Origin: Coniocarpon cinnabarinum | Lineage: Eukaryota | Direction: 5' to 3' | Assembly: GCA_051942205.1 (NCBI GenBank) | Contig: JAVECO010000100.1 | Span: 62,001-84,170, forward strand | DNA: 22,170 bases | Shown: positions 1-10,390 of the stretch, piece by piece | How the letters are laid out: every line of letters begins with the position of its first letter | Numbering within the stretch: position 1 is the first letter of the stretch | Made by a program: the position numbers and the translations under genes | Notes under the pieces: generated by a model | What the model saw: the letters and a program-made list of their open reading frames with translations, nothing else | Database searches by the model: none | What the model was told of the DNA's origin: nothing

Positions 1-635
1 GTCAGTAGGTGATCACCTTAACCATCGTCTGGAAACACTTAGCGACGTGCATGAACTGTAGTGTGCTTGAACTCATCTTTAGTTGCTGTCGGCGTTTGTT
101 TTTATTGGCGATGGCGTCCGCTGTGCCGCCATCGTTTTCAGCTGCTACAAGGGCAACACCGACAGTCATTTTCATCTGCCATAAAGCAATTCTCAGAAAC
201 GCACGTAGGGCGTATATGACTTGTGGTGCGGGTGGATTTGTCAGAGTGCAACAGCTTAGCACGAAGTTGCATTTCCCCCACGCTGGACGGAGCTTCCATC
301 TAGCAAGTCAAGGTTTGAAATTTCAACGAATAATGCGAGCTTATGACGCAGAGACATCGCTTCATAGAGAAGCAAACCATGCGGGAGGCTGACCTCAGGG
401 TCAGCGTCCCTGCGCAACTCACACATAGCACATCAGGTCATGCATATCCAGTGGCACTTTCAGTATTCTGCAGGTGAGGTGGACTGAAGTGAATTTTTCA
501 TCAAAAGATTGATGTGCGTCTGAATGGCAACCCATGGGTTCTTCCCGTGTTACCTGCACGCAGCTTCTAACATTTCTCTGCAACAGGTCCCAACGTTCTG
601 CACTTGCTCAAGCGCCAAAAATAAACCTACAAACC

Positions 636-2258
636 ATGATTAAGCGGAAGAAAGCGGGAAAGCGTTCACTGCGAGGAGTTCTAGACATCCGTCAATCCAC
701 AAGCCCCAAGATTGGGCGTTTATCTTTCTCGCAAATATGCGAGGGTAGCAGCATGGTAGCTTAGCTTTATAAAACTTCTGAGTGTCGATACTTCGCTTAC
801 TCCAGAGACAGACACGTGCTATATTAATTGAAGACGATAATGATCTTGTCGATGATCTTGTCAATGACAATAGTACTGGTAGCGGCATTAAGAGAGCTGT
901 ATTCAATCAGATAACCCCCTCTCCGGAGAATGTCATAGAAGCTGACACAAGAACTGAGTCACCAAGAGAGCAGACCGCCAATGATGCATTCAATCTCATT
1001 GGTGAGATTGAGGGCAACGCATATTCTCTTGACTTTGATGCTAACTTGGAAGTTACAGAGTCTCCTCAAAGAGGTCCTATTGACAAAAGACAAGAACGCC
1101 TACTCAGAGTCGACGGCAGGAGTGAAGCCGGTTCATTTCAAATTAAAGCAGCTACAAGCTTAAACAAGACCGCACATCTCACAAACACGCTCAAGAGTAC
1201 AAATGTCGAGCACTCGGTCGAACAGCCAGTGAAGACGCCTTCGCAGCTGGACCGAAACTTTTCAAGAGATTCCAAACACTGCATACTTTCCTGCAGGTAA
1301 GCCTCGGCCTCTTCTTTTTCTAAACAAGATTGTCATTTCCAGCGATCCCCGATGTTATTATCGAGCGTAACTGACTGGTATGCGTTGAGCGGTTGTGGAA
1401 GGAATAGAGGCTTTGCTTGGTTCCTCAGTGCGAATATGCCGCACATACAAGTCTCAAAATGCATCTCTTGCAGGAGCAAGAGCAGATGTTGCCGTAAATC
1501 ACTCTACAACAATCCGGTGGCCTTGCAAGCCAATATCGACGCGCAAATGTTTCTTGTTAAATCAATGGTCGCTGTACACGCGGACATTCCACTTCTGTGC
1601 GGTGGCACAGCATCTGGGGAGCTCACTTGCAATGATTATCAGACGGGTAGTTCCTAATGTATAAGTTATGGAGCCGTACGTTGACCCAATTGCAGTCGGG
1701 ACAGAGCTGCTTCGAACCGTAAAAAGAGGGATGCTAAAATATCATGGGACAGAATTCGAGCAAATCATAAACGTAATCCAATACAGAGATATTCGGTCAT
1801 CTCCTTCAGGACTACAGAAGGATCAGGTCTGCCTGGAATCCAGCGATCTCGAATCCAGTGGAGTTCCCAGTCCAATTGAAAGTCAAGCCGCAGTGTCCGC
1901 TTCTGGGACAAGAGGTAGCAGCCAGGTAAACCCCATGGACGCAATGAAAGATGGCAAAGCTTTTCTGCGGACTCTGGCCTTTGTCAAAAGCAATATTGAG
2001 AATGAGATCACCGTGCTTCAAAAAAGACGCGAGTTCATGATCCGCGGCTCCGAAAAGATCAAAGATCGGGTGGAGGTGGGAGAAGAGCTGCTGAAGCTTG
2101 CGACACAGCAGCAACAAGGGATTAAGGCTTCAACGGTCCAATTTTTTGCTGAGCTGCAGGCGAAGACCCGCCGTAAGGAGCAAGACCCGACTTGGCAGAC
2201 AATCGTGAATGCGCATAGCAAGGCCAATCATGCCAGCAGCCTTTGGCATGTTCCCTGA
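636..2258 (+). CDS. Hypothetical multi-exon protein (orphan; basic N-terminus, acidic low-complexity middle, predicted helical/coiled-coil C-terminus); exon structure uncertain
   Basis: ATG at 636 in aaaccATG context. Putative intron 756-805 (GTAGCT..GCTTAC.TCCAG) joins in phase 0 to the 782-1300 ORF. Strong donor GTAAGC at 1297 with branch ACTGAC near 1370. Branch/acceptor CCTAAT..ATAAG at 1665 precedes the 196-aa ORF 1668-2258. May be two genes. No family recognised. Confidence 0.45.
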
Positions 2259-2380
2259 CCTTGTGCTCTGGAAAGCTCTGGGTTTCACTGCGTGTAATGC
2301 CGCAAGCACTACGCGCCTCTGTATGAAGAATCCAGATTGCCGATTTGTCTTTGTCGCTCTGAAAGTTTCTCGCTCGATAA

Positions 2381-3292
2381 TCAATCGCTTTCTTCGTCAT
2401 CGAAATCAATGACTCTGGTTTGAGCAGGTCCGGTCGATCTCCTCGTATCCCTCTCCTTCTTACCCCATCTACCTTCTCCTTCTTGAATTGCTTCAATATC
2501 GGCCTGTAATTCACGCGTCTCTTTGATCTGTTTCGCTTTCTCTTTCGAGAACCGGCCTTCCATACCCACCTCCCGGAGCATGCGCTTAAGTTCAGCTATT
2601 TTCTGCTTGTGGGTCTCAAATTGCTTGAGGTGAAACTGCCAAACTTTGCGGACGCCGCATTGAACAAGCTGATTTTGGAGCTCTTTCAACTCTGCATCCG
2701 GAGCAGATGTCGTAGATGCAGGTCCCTTCTTGGACTTGACGCCACTTGACTTTTTCTTGGATTCGGTACTCACAGACGCGTCCTTCTTTTTACGCCGCTG
2801 CTTAGATGGTGGCTCATCGATTGGGCTGGACAGATCACCATCATCAATATATTGTCCTAGTGCGTTGTTTTCGGTGGCTTCAGATCCGGATGCAGGAAAT
2901 GTAGATCCTTCACTCGCTCGACTTGGCCCTTCCGTCTCCGACGCGGGCTGCATGGTGGCTTCAGACTCACACTTCGATAGATCTGTCTCAGTCGTCCTCT
3001 TCTTTGTGGGCCGTGTACTGGCTACTGCCTCGGTTGAGTCGACTGTCTTGCGCTTCACAGTGTTTCTGTCCACGTCCTCGGCAATCTTTACAAGCTGCTC
3101 ATATTTCGTCTGCACAATCTTCTTACTGCGAGCCTTCCACTCCTCTGTGTTGGCGAACCAGTCTACTTCAAGGCCCAATCGCTCTGACGCGCTTGCTCTG
3201 ACAGCCTTGGGACGAACATTGTCCGAATCTTCTTCAAAGAGGTCTTCAACGGCATTTTCGAGCGCCCGCGTCAATTTCGCGTCACTGGGCAT
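2381..3292 (-). CDS. HIRA-interacting protein 3 (HIRIP3)-like chromatin/histone-binding protein, about 303 aa
   Basis: ORF from MPSDAKLTRALENAVEDLF (ATG at 3292). N-terminal DEK_C-like helical segment (VRASASERLGLEVDWF..WKARSK), K/E/S-rich disordered linker, and C-terminal motif LVQCGVRKVW..LKRMLREVGMEGRFSKEKAKQIKETRELQADI, which I recall from fungal HIRIP3-family proteins. Confidence 0.7.
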   Translation of the reverse strand: MPSDAKLTRALENAVEDLFEEDSDNVRPKAVRASASERLGLEVDWFANTEEWKARSKKIVQTKYEQLVKIAEDVDRNTVKRKTVDSTEAVASTRPTKKRTTETDLSKCESEATMQPASETEGPSRASEGSTFPASGSEATENNALGQYIDDGDLSSPIDEPPSKQRRKKKDASVSTESKKKSSGVKSKKGPASTTSAPDAELKELQNQLVQCGVRKVWQFHLKQFETHKQKIAELKRMLREVGMEGRFSKEKAKQIKETRELQADIEAIQEGEGRWGKKERDTRRSTGPAQTRVIDFDDEESD

Positions 3293-3446
3293 ATTGAGCA
3301 AGGATGATTCGGTCTGCTTGAATTTGATCTTTGCTGTGATAGAAACGTTGTTGCTGGCATGACCAAAGTTTCTCGAGGAATCTGGCTCTATCTGCAAGAG
3401 TTGCAAGTCGTGCGCATTGAAGGAAGTCACGTTATATTTGATACGA

Positions 3447-3513
3447 GCCCGCAAATATCACGTGCGGGCAGCACACTAAGTCCCCTAAATTTAGGGGTTG
3501 TGCCCCTAAATTT
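3447..3513. promoter_or_regulatory. Bidirectional promoter elements between the HIRIP3-like gene and COG6: E-box TCACGTG and palindrome CCCCTAAATTTAGGGG
   Basis: 354-bp divergent intergenic region. TCACGTG at 3458-3464, perfect 16-bp palindrome at 3482-3497, and a partial repeat CCCCTAAATTT at 3503-3513. Confidence 0.45.
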
Positions 3514-3646
3514 CACACAAGAAACTTCTTCTGTCTCTCTAGGTCACGGCAGAACAAGCTTGCTTGACTGTTCAGGATATTCGTGGCTTGCGCTTCTGTG
3601 CTGAAACCTGCCTAGACTGTCTCTCAAATTTCGATCTTGCACGAGC

Positions 3647-5686
3647 ATGAGTCATGCGCACCTCCGTCAACCTCTAGAACAATTGATAACGTCAAGGCTC
3701 AAGAATATGGCTGGACTCCACACGAAAATCAATAGCACTCTGTCTACTTCAATGGCCGACTTCCAAGTCCGCGATGCTTTTGAAACTCTAGATAATCGCG
3801 GAGTAGAAAACACTCCCGAAACAAGACGAAACATTCGTCTTGACGTACAGAGAGAAGTCATTGAATGCAATGCCGAAGTTATCAATGACTTTGGCGCTGT
3901 TGCCTTGCAGCTCAAAAAAACGGGTGACGCGCTTTCTAGTTTGCAAAAAACGTGTGCTATTTTGCGCAAGAATATGAATGCAGCCCGAGTCGAAACGATG
4001 CCCATGCTTGACGAAGCAAGTCATTTAACCAAGCTCACCGACCAGGTGCATGCCAAGCAGAGAATGTTATCGGATTTCAAGGGTCATTTTCTTATTTCGG
4101 ATGACGACCTCGTCTTCTTGACGTCCAGCACAGATCCTGTGGATGACAACTTTTTCCACGCTCTGGTGGAGGCGAAACAGATCCATCAAGATAGTGAAAT
4201 ACTTCTTGGGAGCGATAGTCAGCGGCTTGGGCTAGAAGTGCTCGAACATTGCAATGCAAACATTCGTGCCGGATTTCAAAAGCTCTTCCATTGGACACAG
4301 CGAGAGCTCCAAACCCTTAACCTTGAAGACTCACATCTTAGCCCTATAATCCGGCGAGCGTTGCGCGTGTTAGCCGAACGGCCCACGTTGTTTCAACAAT
4401 GCCTCAGCACTTTTACACAAGTCCGTGAGCGGGCTTTGGCAGATGCCTTCTACATAGCCTTGAACGGAACCGCTGCAGAGCATGAGCCTCAAAAGCCCAT
4501 CGAGTTCTCGGCGCATGAACCACTTCGATATGTTGGCGATATGTTGGCATGGGTGCACTCCACAGCGGTGTCTGAGCATGAAAGCCTTGAGGGGCTCTTT
4601 ATCGCCGATGGTGATGAAATTGCAAGAAGTATTGAAGCGGGGCTCGAAAGTGAGCCGTGGTCAAACCCAGGTGATGGAGCAGTCTTTGATGGTCGCAGAG
4701 CTTTGAGTCAGCTTGTCAATGAGAATCTATTAGGCGTTGCGCAGCTGCTTCGGCAGCGCATTGACACTGTAATTCATACGCATAACGAGCCGCTCCTGGA
4801 GTACAAAATTGCAAACCTTGTCGTCTTCTACCGCAACATTTTTACCAAGCTACTTCAAGGCGAGGAGTTCATGAAAATCTTGGACACTGTCGAGGACGCA
4901 GCACTGGTACAATTCCGTCATGCGATGGAGCTTCAGCTGAACACGATTGATCAAGGTACAGATGCCATCCCGGAGGAGCTCGGAGTGCCTGAATTTCTTG
5001 GAGATGCTATTGAAAATTTGCAACAGCTGCTTCGAAGCTACGACACGTCTGCTGCGCCATATGACGTCGATGGAAGGAAATTATCTTTTCTGCTTGAGGA
5101 GGCCTTGAATCCTTGGTTGGCCGCTTGTGACCGCCTTGCGCTGAGTCTGGAATCGCCTCGCAGTGAATGCTTCGTCATTAATTGCTTGACGGCTGCTTAT
5201 GGAGCCTTGCAACAGTATCCATTTACCAAAGGAAGAGAGCGAGGCATAAAGAAGGCGATAGAGACACAGACTTCAAGCCTGGTTGAATATCAGCATCAAC
5301 TCTTCCTGGTGAGATCAGGCGTACAACCTCTTGTAGAGGCGCTGAAGTCTCTGCCGCCTCCTGATGAGCAACCTGAAGCGGTACTGGAGCACGAGCTATT
5401 CACAGAACAGACGCTCTACGATGTTCGAGAACAATTGGACAATTTTCTTCCATCTGCACTTATGGATGCTCGTTCTGATCTAAAGGGCTTGCAGGGCTCC
5501 TCTCTTTCGCACGAGGTCAGCAATGCGGCGGCTGAGGCGTTTTGCGGAGACTTCGAGAAAGTCGAGGAGGCGCTCGTTGCCGCCGATCGCTTACAGCGCG
5601 AAAGATACATGCTTGATAACGAAGCGCGGACATTGCGTGAAGTTTTTCCCCGGACAACAGACGAAGCCCGTGTCTTACTCAGCTGA
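3647..5686 (+). CDS. COG6: Conserved oligomeric Golgi complex subunit 6, 679 aa, single exon
   Basis: Long ORF with COG6 motifs: RDAFETLD..NTPETRRNIRLDVQRE, RRALRVLAERPTLF, KPIEFSAHEPLRYVGDMLAWVHS, LDNFLPSALMDA, and a C-terminal FPRTTDEARVLLS. Confidence 0.95.
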   Translation: MSHAHLRQPLEQLITSRLKNMAGLHTKINSTLSTSMADFQVRDAFETLDNRGVENTPETRRNIRLDVQREVIECNAEVINDFGAVALQLKKTGDALSSLQKTCAILRKNMNAARVETMPMLDEASHLTKLTDQVHAKQRMLSDFKGHFLISDDDLVFLTSSTDPVDDNFFHALVEAKQIHQDSEILLGSDSQRLGLEVLEHCNANIRAGFQKLFHWTQRELQTLNLEDSHLSPIIRRALRVLAERPTLFQQCLSTFTQVRERALADAFYIALNGTAAEHEPQKPIEFSAHEPLRYVGDMLAWVHSTAVSEHESLEGLFIADGDEIARSIEAGLESEPWSNPGDGAVFDGRRALSQLVNENLLGVAQLLRQRIDTVIHTHNEPLLEYKIANLVVFYRNIFTKLLQGEEFMKILDTVEDAALVQFRHAMELQLNTIDQGTDAIPEELGVPEFLGDAIENLQQLLRSYDTSAAPYDVDGRKLSFLLEEALNPWLAACDRLALSLESPRSECFVINCLTAAYGALQQYPFTKGRERGIKKAIETQTSSLVEYQHQLFLVRSGVQPLVEALKSLPPPDEQPEAVLEHELFTEQTLYDVREQLDNFLPSALMDARSDLKGLQGSSLSHEVSNAAAEAFCGDFEKVEEALVAADRLQRERYMLDNEARTLREVFPRTTDEARVLLS

Positions 5687-6080
5687 AGGCCCAGATGCCG
5701 GCGCGGCGTCGGCATTCCTGGGCTCTGTGGCCTTTCTGCTCTCCCATTCTTCGGGCGTGAAGCATTTCGGTGTCCATGCGTGAATGGCAGCAATCTCTTC
5801 CTTTAGTGCGCCGTTCACCATTCGATGTCTTGCAAGCGTGCCCTTCTGAGCAAACTGTGCTGACACGATGCTGGCTTGAAACATTTGACCACAGCCGCCT
5901 GACGAAATATGTGAGCAAGTTTGGTCACATAGCCACTGGACTGCTGAACGCACCGGACATGTCCACGATCTCGACGTGGATTGCATCAAGCTGCGTCCTC
6001 AAGGATTGTTCGAGCTTTTGCGGTGTGACCCCAGACTTGACTTGATTTTCCAATGCCTCTGTGTCCGATGCGGCGCTCAT
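5675..6080 (-). CDS. BOL2: BolA-family protein, BOL2/Fra2 type, 116 aa; exons 6080-5954 and 5898-5675
   Basis: Manual splice of intron 5953-5899 (GTGCGT..GCTCAC..CAG, 55 nt) gives MSAASDTEALENQVKSGVTPQKLEQSLRTQLDAIHVEIVDMSGGCGQMFQASIVSAQF..LARHRMVNGALKEEIAAIHAWTPKCFTPEEW. It has the GGCG and IHA Fe-S ligand motifs and no mitochondrial presequence. Confidence 0.92.
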
Positions 6081-6444
6081 CGTTCACCGAGGACGAGTGA
6101 GCAAGTAGCAAATTTAGAAAATCTCGACGAGCAGCATGAAGAACACGCTCGTGTGAAGCAGCCTGTGCTGCTCCGAAAGATGCACTCCGAGAAATCTCGT
6201 ACTTACATGATTGGCTGTGTCGGTTCTTGGCATTGCATCATACCCCGGAGTCCGACTGGAACATTTGCTCCGCCGCCAGGCCTGGGATGAGGGATTTGCC
6301 AAACGTACTTCATCCTCACATAGCAAAGCTGGTCGGTTTTCGCACACGGTCTACTAATCAGCGATGCCGATTTGTCTACCGTCGGTTGTCGAGGTTGGGG
6401 AGATGCGACGCCTCACTGACAACCACGTTGTGAGTCTGTCAGAA

Positions 6445-6477
6445 GTAAGGAAGCGCTGGTAAGGAAGCGCTGGTAAG
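6445..6477. repeat. Short tandem duplication, 14-bp unit GTAAGGAAGCGCTG x about 2.4
   Basis: Directly visible: gtaaggaagcgctg gtaaggaagcgctg gtaag. Confidence 0.8.
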
Positions 6478-7203
6478 AAAACGATTCTATTCCAGGCCAA
6501 TTGCGGAGGATAGACTACTTGGGCCATCAAGGGATGACTGTAATGATTTGCGCTCAAGCTTCTCATCAACATTGCAAGCTATGCCCGGCAGTGCGATATT
6601 ATTATCTTGCGCACAGCAACCTGCGGGTGCTGTAGCATCCGTAGGGAGGAAGCCTTTGACAAACCCAGCGAGCTCCGAGCAGAAGTTACTAAAGAATAGC
6701 GTATCGCAAGGTACTTCATCCTGAGGGGGATGTTGGCGTGGCTGTGACCGTCCTCAAGCCCCCACATGCGCGATTATTCGCCGTCAATGCGACCCAATAT
6801 TGACTCAACTGTGTAGCGAAAAGGCATGCTGCCCTTTTTGATCATCACTCCGTCGTGTTGCTGCTCATCAATTTGGTATCTTGCAAGCAAGATTCGATAC
6901 CCTTGTGCAAAGTTAGTGGCAGGCAAAGCCATATGCTTGCCTGGTCGAGTCAATTTATGTCTGACAGCGCCGTTGACGGCAGTGCGTTCTGGGGGACGAT
7001 AGGACGGAGAGTACGCGCCAAGGCCTGTGAGAGCTTTGTGCATTGGCAGCAAATGATCCCAGAACTATAAGACCTCCGCTTTTACAGCTCGACTTTCTTT
7101 GTAACAGAGAAGCACCGCATTGAACAGACAAGAATTTCATCGGTGTCACAACTGTCGCGCAACTCACTCGTCTCCCTTCCATCGACACATCCCAAACATC
7201 AGC

Positions 7204-7907
7204 ATGAAAGCCACGGCATACATCCTTCCCCTTGCCTCCTTGGCCTGTCCGGCCGTGGCACAAGACACAACCTCGACGAATAACGTCATCAGTCTAATCA
7301 CGACGCACAGTGGCAACCCAGACATCCACTTGCAGTCCGTCAGGGCTCATGGGGGCTTCTTTTGGGCAGGCGGTGCTGCTCCAGAAACGACTACATACTG
7401 TCCTGACGTGGTGCAGCCCAATGTGAGTCTACCACAAGAAGTTTGGACATTGTCACGCTGCAGGGTGCTTGGTACTGAATCTGAGTTCTAGTGCCCTCCG
7501 AATCCAAATGGTACAAGTCTTGTCTCGGGAGAAGGCTCCAGCTCTGCATCCATGTATGACGAGGTTCCTGGCGGTCAGGCTGTTTACGTCGATGGCACAA
7601 CAGGCGCGCTTAGGTTTAGCATTGCCCACGGCTCCCCTCCTGCTGGCGCCGTCTTGCACCCGTTCACCTTAACGCCTTACAATACAGGCCTGTCGTAGGT
7701 ACCCCTCGAGAATCCATGCATTCAACGTGCAACTGACCGATTTCAAGCGGTTTCACTATTCCTGGAGGTGCAATTGTTTGCCCAGATTCTCACTCGTACA
7801 AGCTCTACGGTTCGGATTACAAGAAAGACAACAGGTCTGCTTGCATCGGCGTTGGACTCATTGCGTCGAGCTCTGGTAGCCCAGAACTTGCGTGGCAATA
7901 TGTCTGA
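7204..7907 (+). CDS. Small secreted protein, fungal IgE-binding-protein/cell-wall-protein-like, 193 aa; exons 7204-7422, 7492-7694, 7748-7907
   Basis: Signal peptide MKATAYILPLASLACPAVAQ. Introns 7423-7491 (GTGAGT..TAG) and 7695-7747 (GTAGGT..ACTGAC..AAG) restore a continuous frame. Family-like motifs IHLQSVRAHGGFFWAGG, TYCP, VPGGQAVYV..GALRF..AH and a C-terminal AWQYV. TATA-like TATAA near 7066. Confidence 0.85.
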
Positions 7908-9167
7908 GGCGAGATGCAACCTTTACAGGCTTGCTGAAGCATCTGAAATAGGACCACACGCCGACCTGTTTCGCAAGGAGTGTTCTGGTTCCCCTGAAGC
8001 GGTGTATATCTTGTACAATTAGCTTCAAAAGGCGTTCGCCACCGGAAAATTTAGCTTTGAACGTGGCATTAGCTAGCACAGACGTAGCCTTAACAGCATA
8101 CTCCGCTGCTTTAATTACTGAGGTCGAGAAGAGGATAATTGGGTATATGACGGCAGCTCTCAGCGCTTGTCACCGTGTCCCTGTTCACATGGCTTGTGTT
8201 GAGGAGCTGCCAATATCCAGCTGACGCAAAGCAAGTGTCGCAATAGTTGGCGGTGGATCTAACCACGCTGCCGCGCTCACTGTACAAAGTAGAAATCGAG
8301 TCGTTCAAGCATCTCACAGCCGGATAACGTAAAGCGGCCAGGAGACCCCGCTGCATGACTGCGATTGACGAAGAAGACAGCCTCACGCGATTACGGGCAG
8401 GTCGGAGCGATGGCGTCACAGCCACCAGACCTGGACCCTGATTTTAGCGCCTTGGTAACTTTGCTTCAACGTCACTTGACTGCGCCTCATCTGTTCCTTT
8501 GCTTGTGCCATCATTGTGTTCGGGCTTATATTCTCGCACCATTCGCTCTTTGTTCTCGAAGCTATTGAAACCAGCTCTTGGATCGTTATCCAGAGCCGCG
8601 CAACGTGGCCACAACTATCTTCCGCTCTCATCATCGAACCCAGTCACCGATTGCTTGCCTTCTCTCACCAGCTTTCTTGGATTACTGATCGGTGCGCCTT
8701 TACAAGGCTGGCGAGAACCCGTCTGGGGCTCATTTCGCACGTAAGTACATGCGATCTCTACACTTGTCGGATGATCTGAGGCACCTTGTGGAAGTTTCTG
8801 CAGAAAGCGACTTCGGACTGTCAGTTCGCGGTGTGACAAAGCGCTTTCACGAGTTTGCTTGTATGAAGTGCGCAGCCACGTGATTCTGGGTAGCAACTGG
8901 ATACCCATTATCTTTCCGAAGCCAAACGCTAACACGACCTGTTTCCTAAGTGTCTTGCAGCCATTCTCCTCCGACGGCCCTGGCTTCGGCAACTTGAGAT
9001 CGAACTCTTCGCATCCAGTCTCCGCACTACCTCATTTCGCAGCAACAGAAATATCTGGCGACACCGACAGCGGTCTCCTCCTCCCCTCAGCTGTACCATT
9101 GCCCCCGCAGGGGTGCGATACTTCCTCTCATCAATTAAATTTCGCACCACTTCCTGCGGTCGCCGTG

Positions 9168-9734
9168 ATGTCAACTTTCGGATCTCAGACTACTGACCTT
9201 TCTTCTTCAACAACTTCTTCCGCCTCGCGCTTCAGTCTAGACGAAAACTCTACCAGAGACATCCTCGTGTACCGTGTGCGCAACGGATACTCCATCACTA
9301 CTCAGAAAGAGCTTGCTCGAGAACTCGATAGACAGCCCAATTTACTCCGACTTACTCGAAAAGAGATCCCCAGAAATAGTTCAAGAGTCGAGGTGCAGGC
9401 CTGCGATCTTCAGTACGAAGATGAGAGGCACGCTGCCGAGGAAATGCGGAACCCCAACATGAATGCGAGTGTCGCTAGCATCGGTCTGGAGCCTATGGTT
9501 CGGCTCCGAAAGATGTTCACAGGTGACTTTGACACCTTGTACATAGTCAGCCAAAATTCAACCCGGAGTCTAGCGAGTAGCACTGAAAGCGAGCCTTTTG
9601 GCAGTGGCAGCAGTGAGGAGAATAGTCCTGAGGAAGGTCCAACGAGAAGGTCAACCGCAAATGCATTGGACGAGGTGAACTACCACTCTCGCCCACGTCT
9701 GGGCTCCGCGGATGATCATGAAGCCATGACTTAG
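9168..9734 (+). CDS. Hypothetical protein, 188 aa from the first ATG (Ser-rich termini)
   Basis: ATG at 9168 inside a 291-codon open frame. Central segment has protein-like composition (RDILVYRVRNGYSITTQKELARELDRQPNLLRL). An upstream intron signal at 8741-8950 suggests transcription. No family recognised. Confidence 0.5.
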   Translation: MSTFGSQTTDLSSSTTSSASRFSLDENSTRDILVYRVRNGYSITTQKELARELDRQPNLLRLTRKEIPRNSSRVEVQACDLQYEDERHAAEEMRNPNMNASVASIGLEPMVRLRKMFTGDFDTLYIVSQNSTRSLASSTESEPFGSGSSEENSPEEGPTRRSTANALDEVNYHSRPRLGSADDHEAMT

Positions 9735-10390
9735 ATGTGGTTCTTGAGTGCCGGACACGCGGCTGATCAGAATGAAGAAAGAGCGATGATACCCGATTAC
9801 GACATTATCCACGGCATTCACTCGCAGATTCGCCATAATGAGATCTATGTTCTAGCCATGTATCATTCTGACTATCTTCGTAAACGTTCCACGCGGAAAG
9901 GATCACTTTCTGTCGCCCTGCGAAGTTTCAGTATCCTTCAGCAGTACTGTGACGGCTTTACGCAGCATTTCAGTGGGCACACGGGTACCTAAGCCACGAT
10001 GCAGCAGGCCTACCCTTGTTACCAAGTCAGGCTAAGACTCCTTACCTTAGCCATCGTTCATCCAAGGAAGCGTTAAAGCATTGAAGGAGCGCCCATCACA
10101 ACCTTGGCAACCTGCCGCAATCGGCCATACCAGCTCGACGCCATGTTCGTGCAGAATTGATCCATCAAAAAATCTTCTCAATGAGCAAAGTGGTCTTGCA
10201 CGTGGTATAGTACTCTTTGTCAAAGCGCCCTCATCAGATTTACGGTCATCTATTATACTAACCAAACTACGAGCCACACTGTCCTCGTTGTGCAAAGCGT
10301 GGCACTAGCCATTTTGCGGGTGATGGTTACTGAACGCTGTGGTCTGCAGTCTACTAAGACTTCAACTGCAAGACATTCGAAAAGCGAGCA

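Noticed and set aside
2..392. Short ORFs at the window start on both strands
   Set aside because: No recognisable homology. A minus-strand TACTGAC branch-like motif at 1-7 hints at a gene continuing outside the window, but it cannot be supported here.
2730..3362. 210-aa plus-strand ORF opposite the HIRIP3-like gene
   Set aside because: Antisense shadow of a K/E-rich CDS; non-ATG start.
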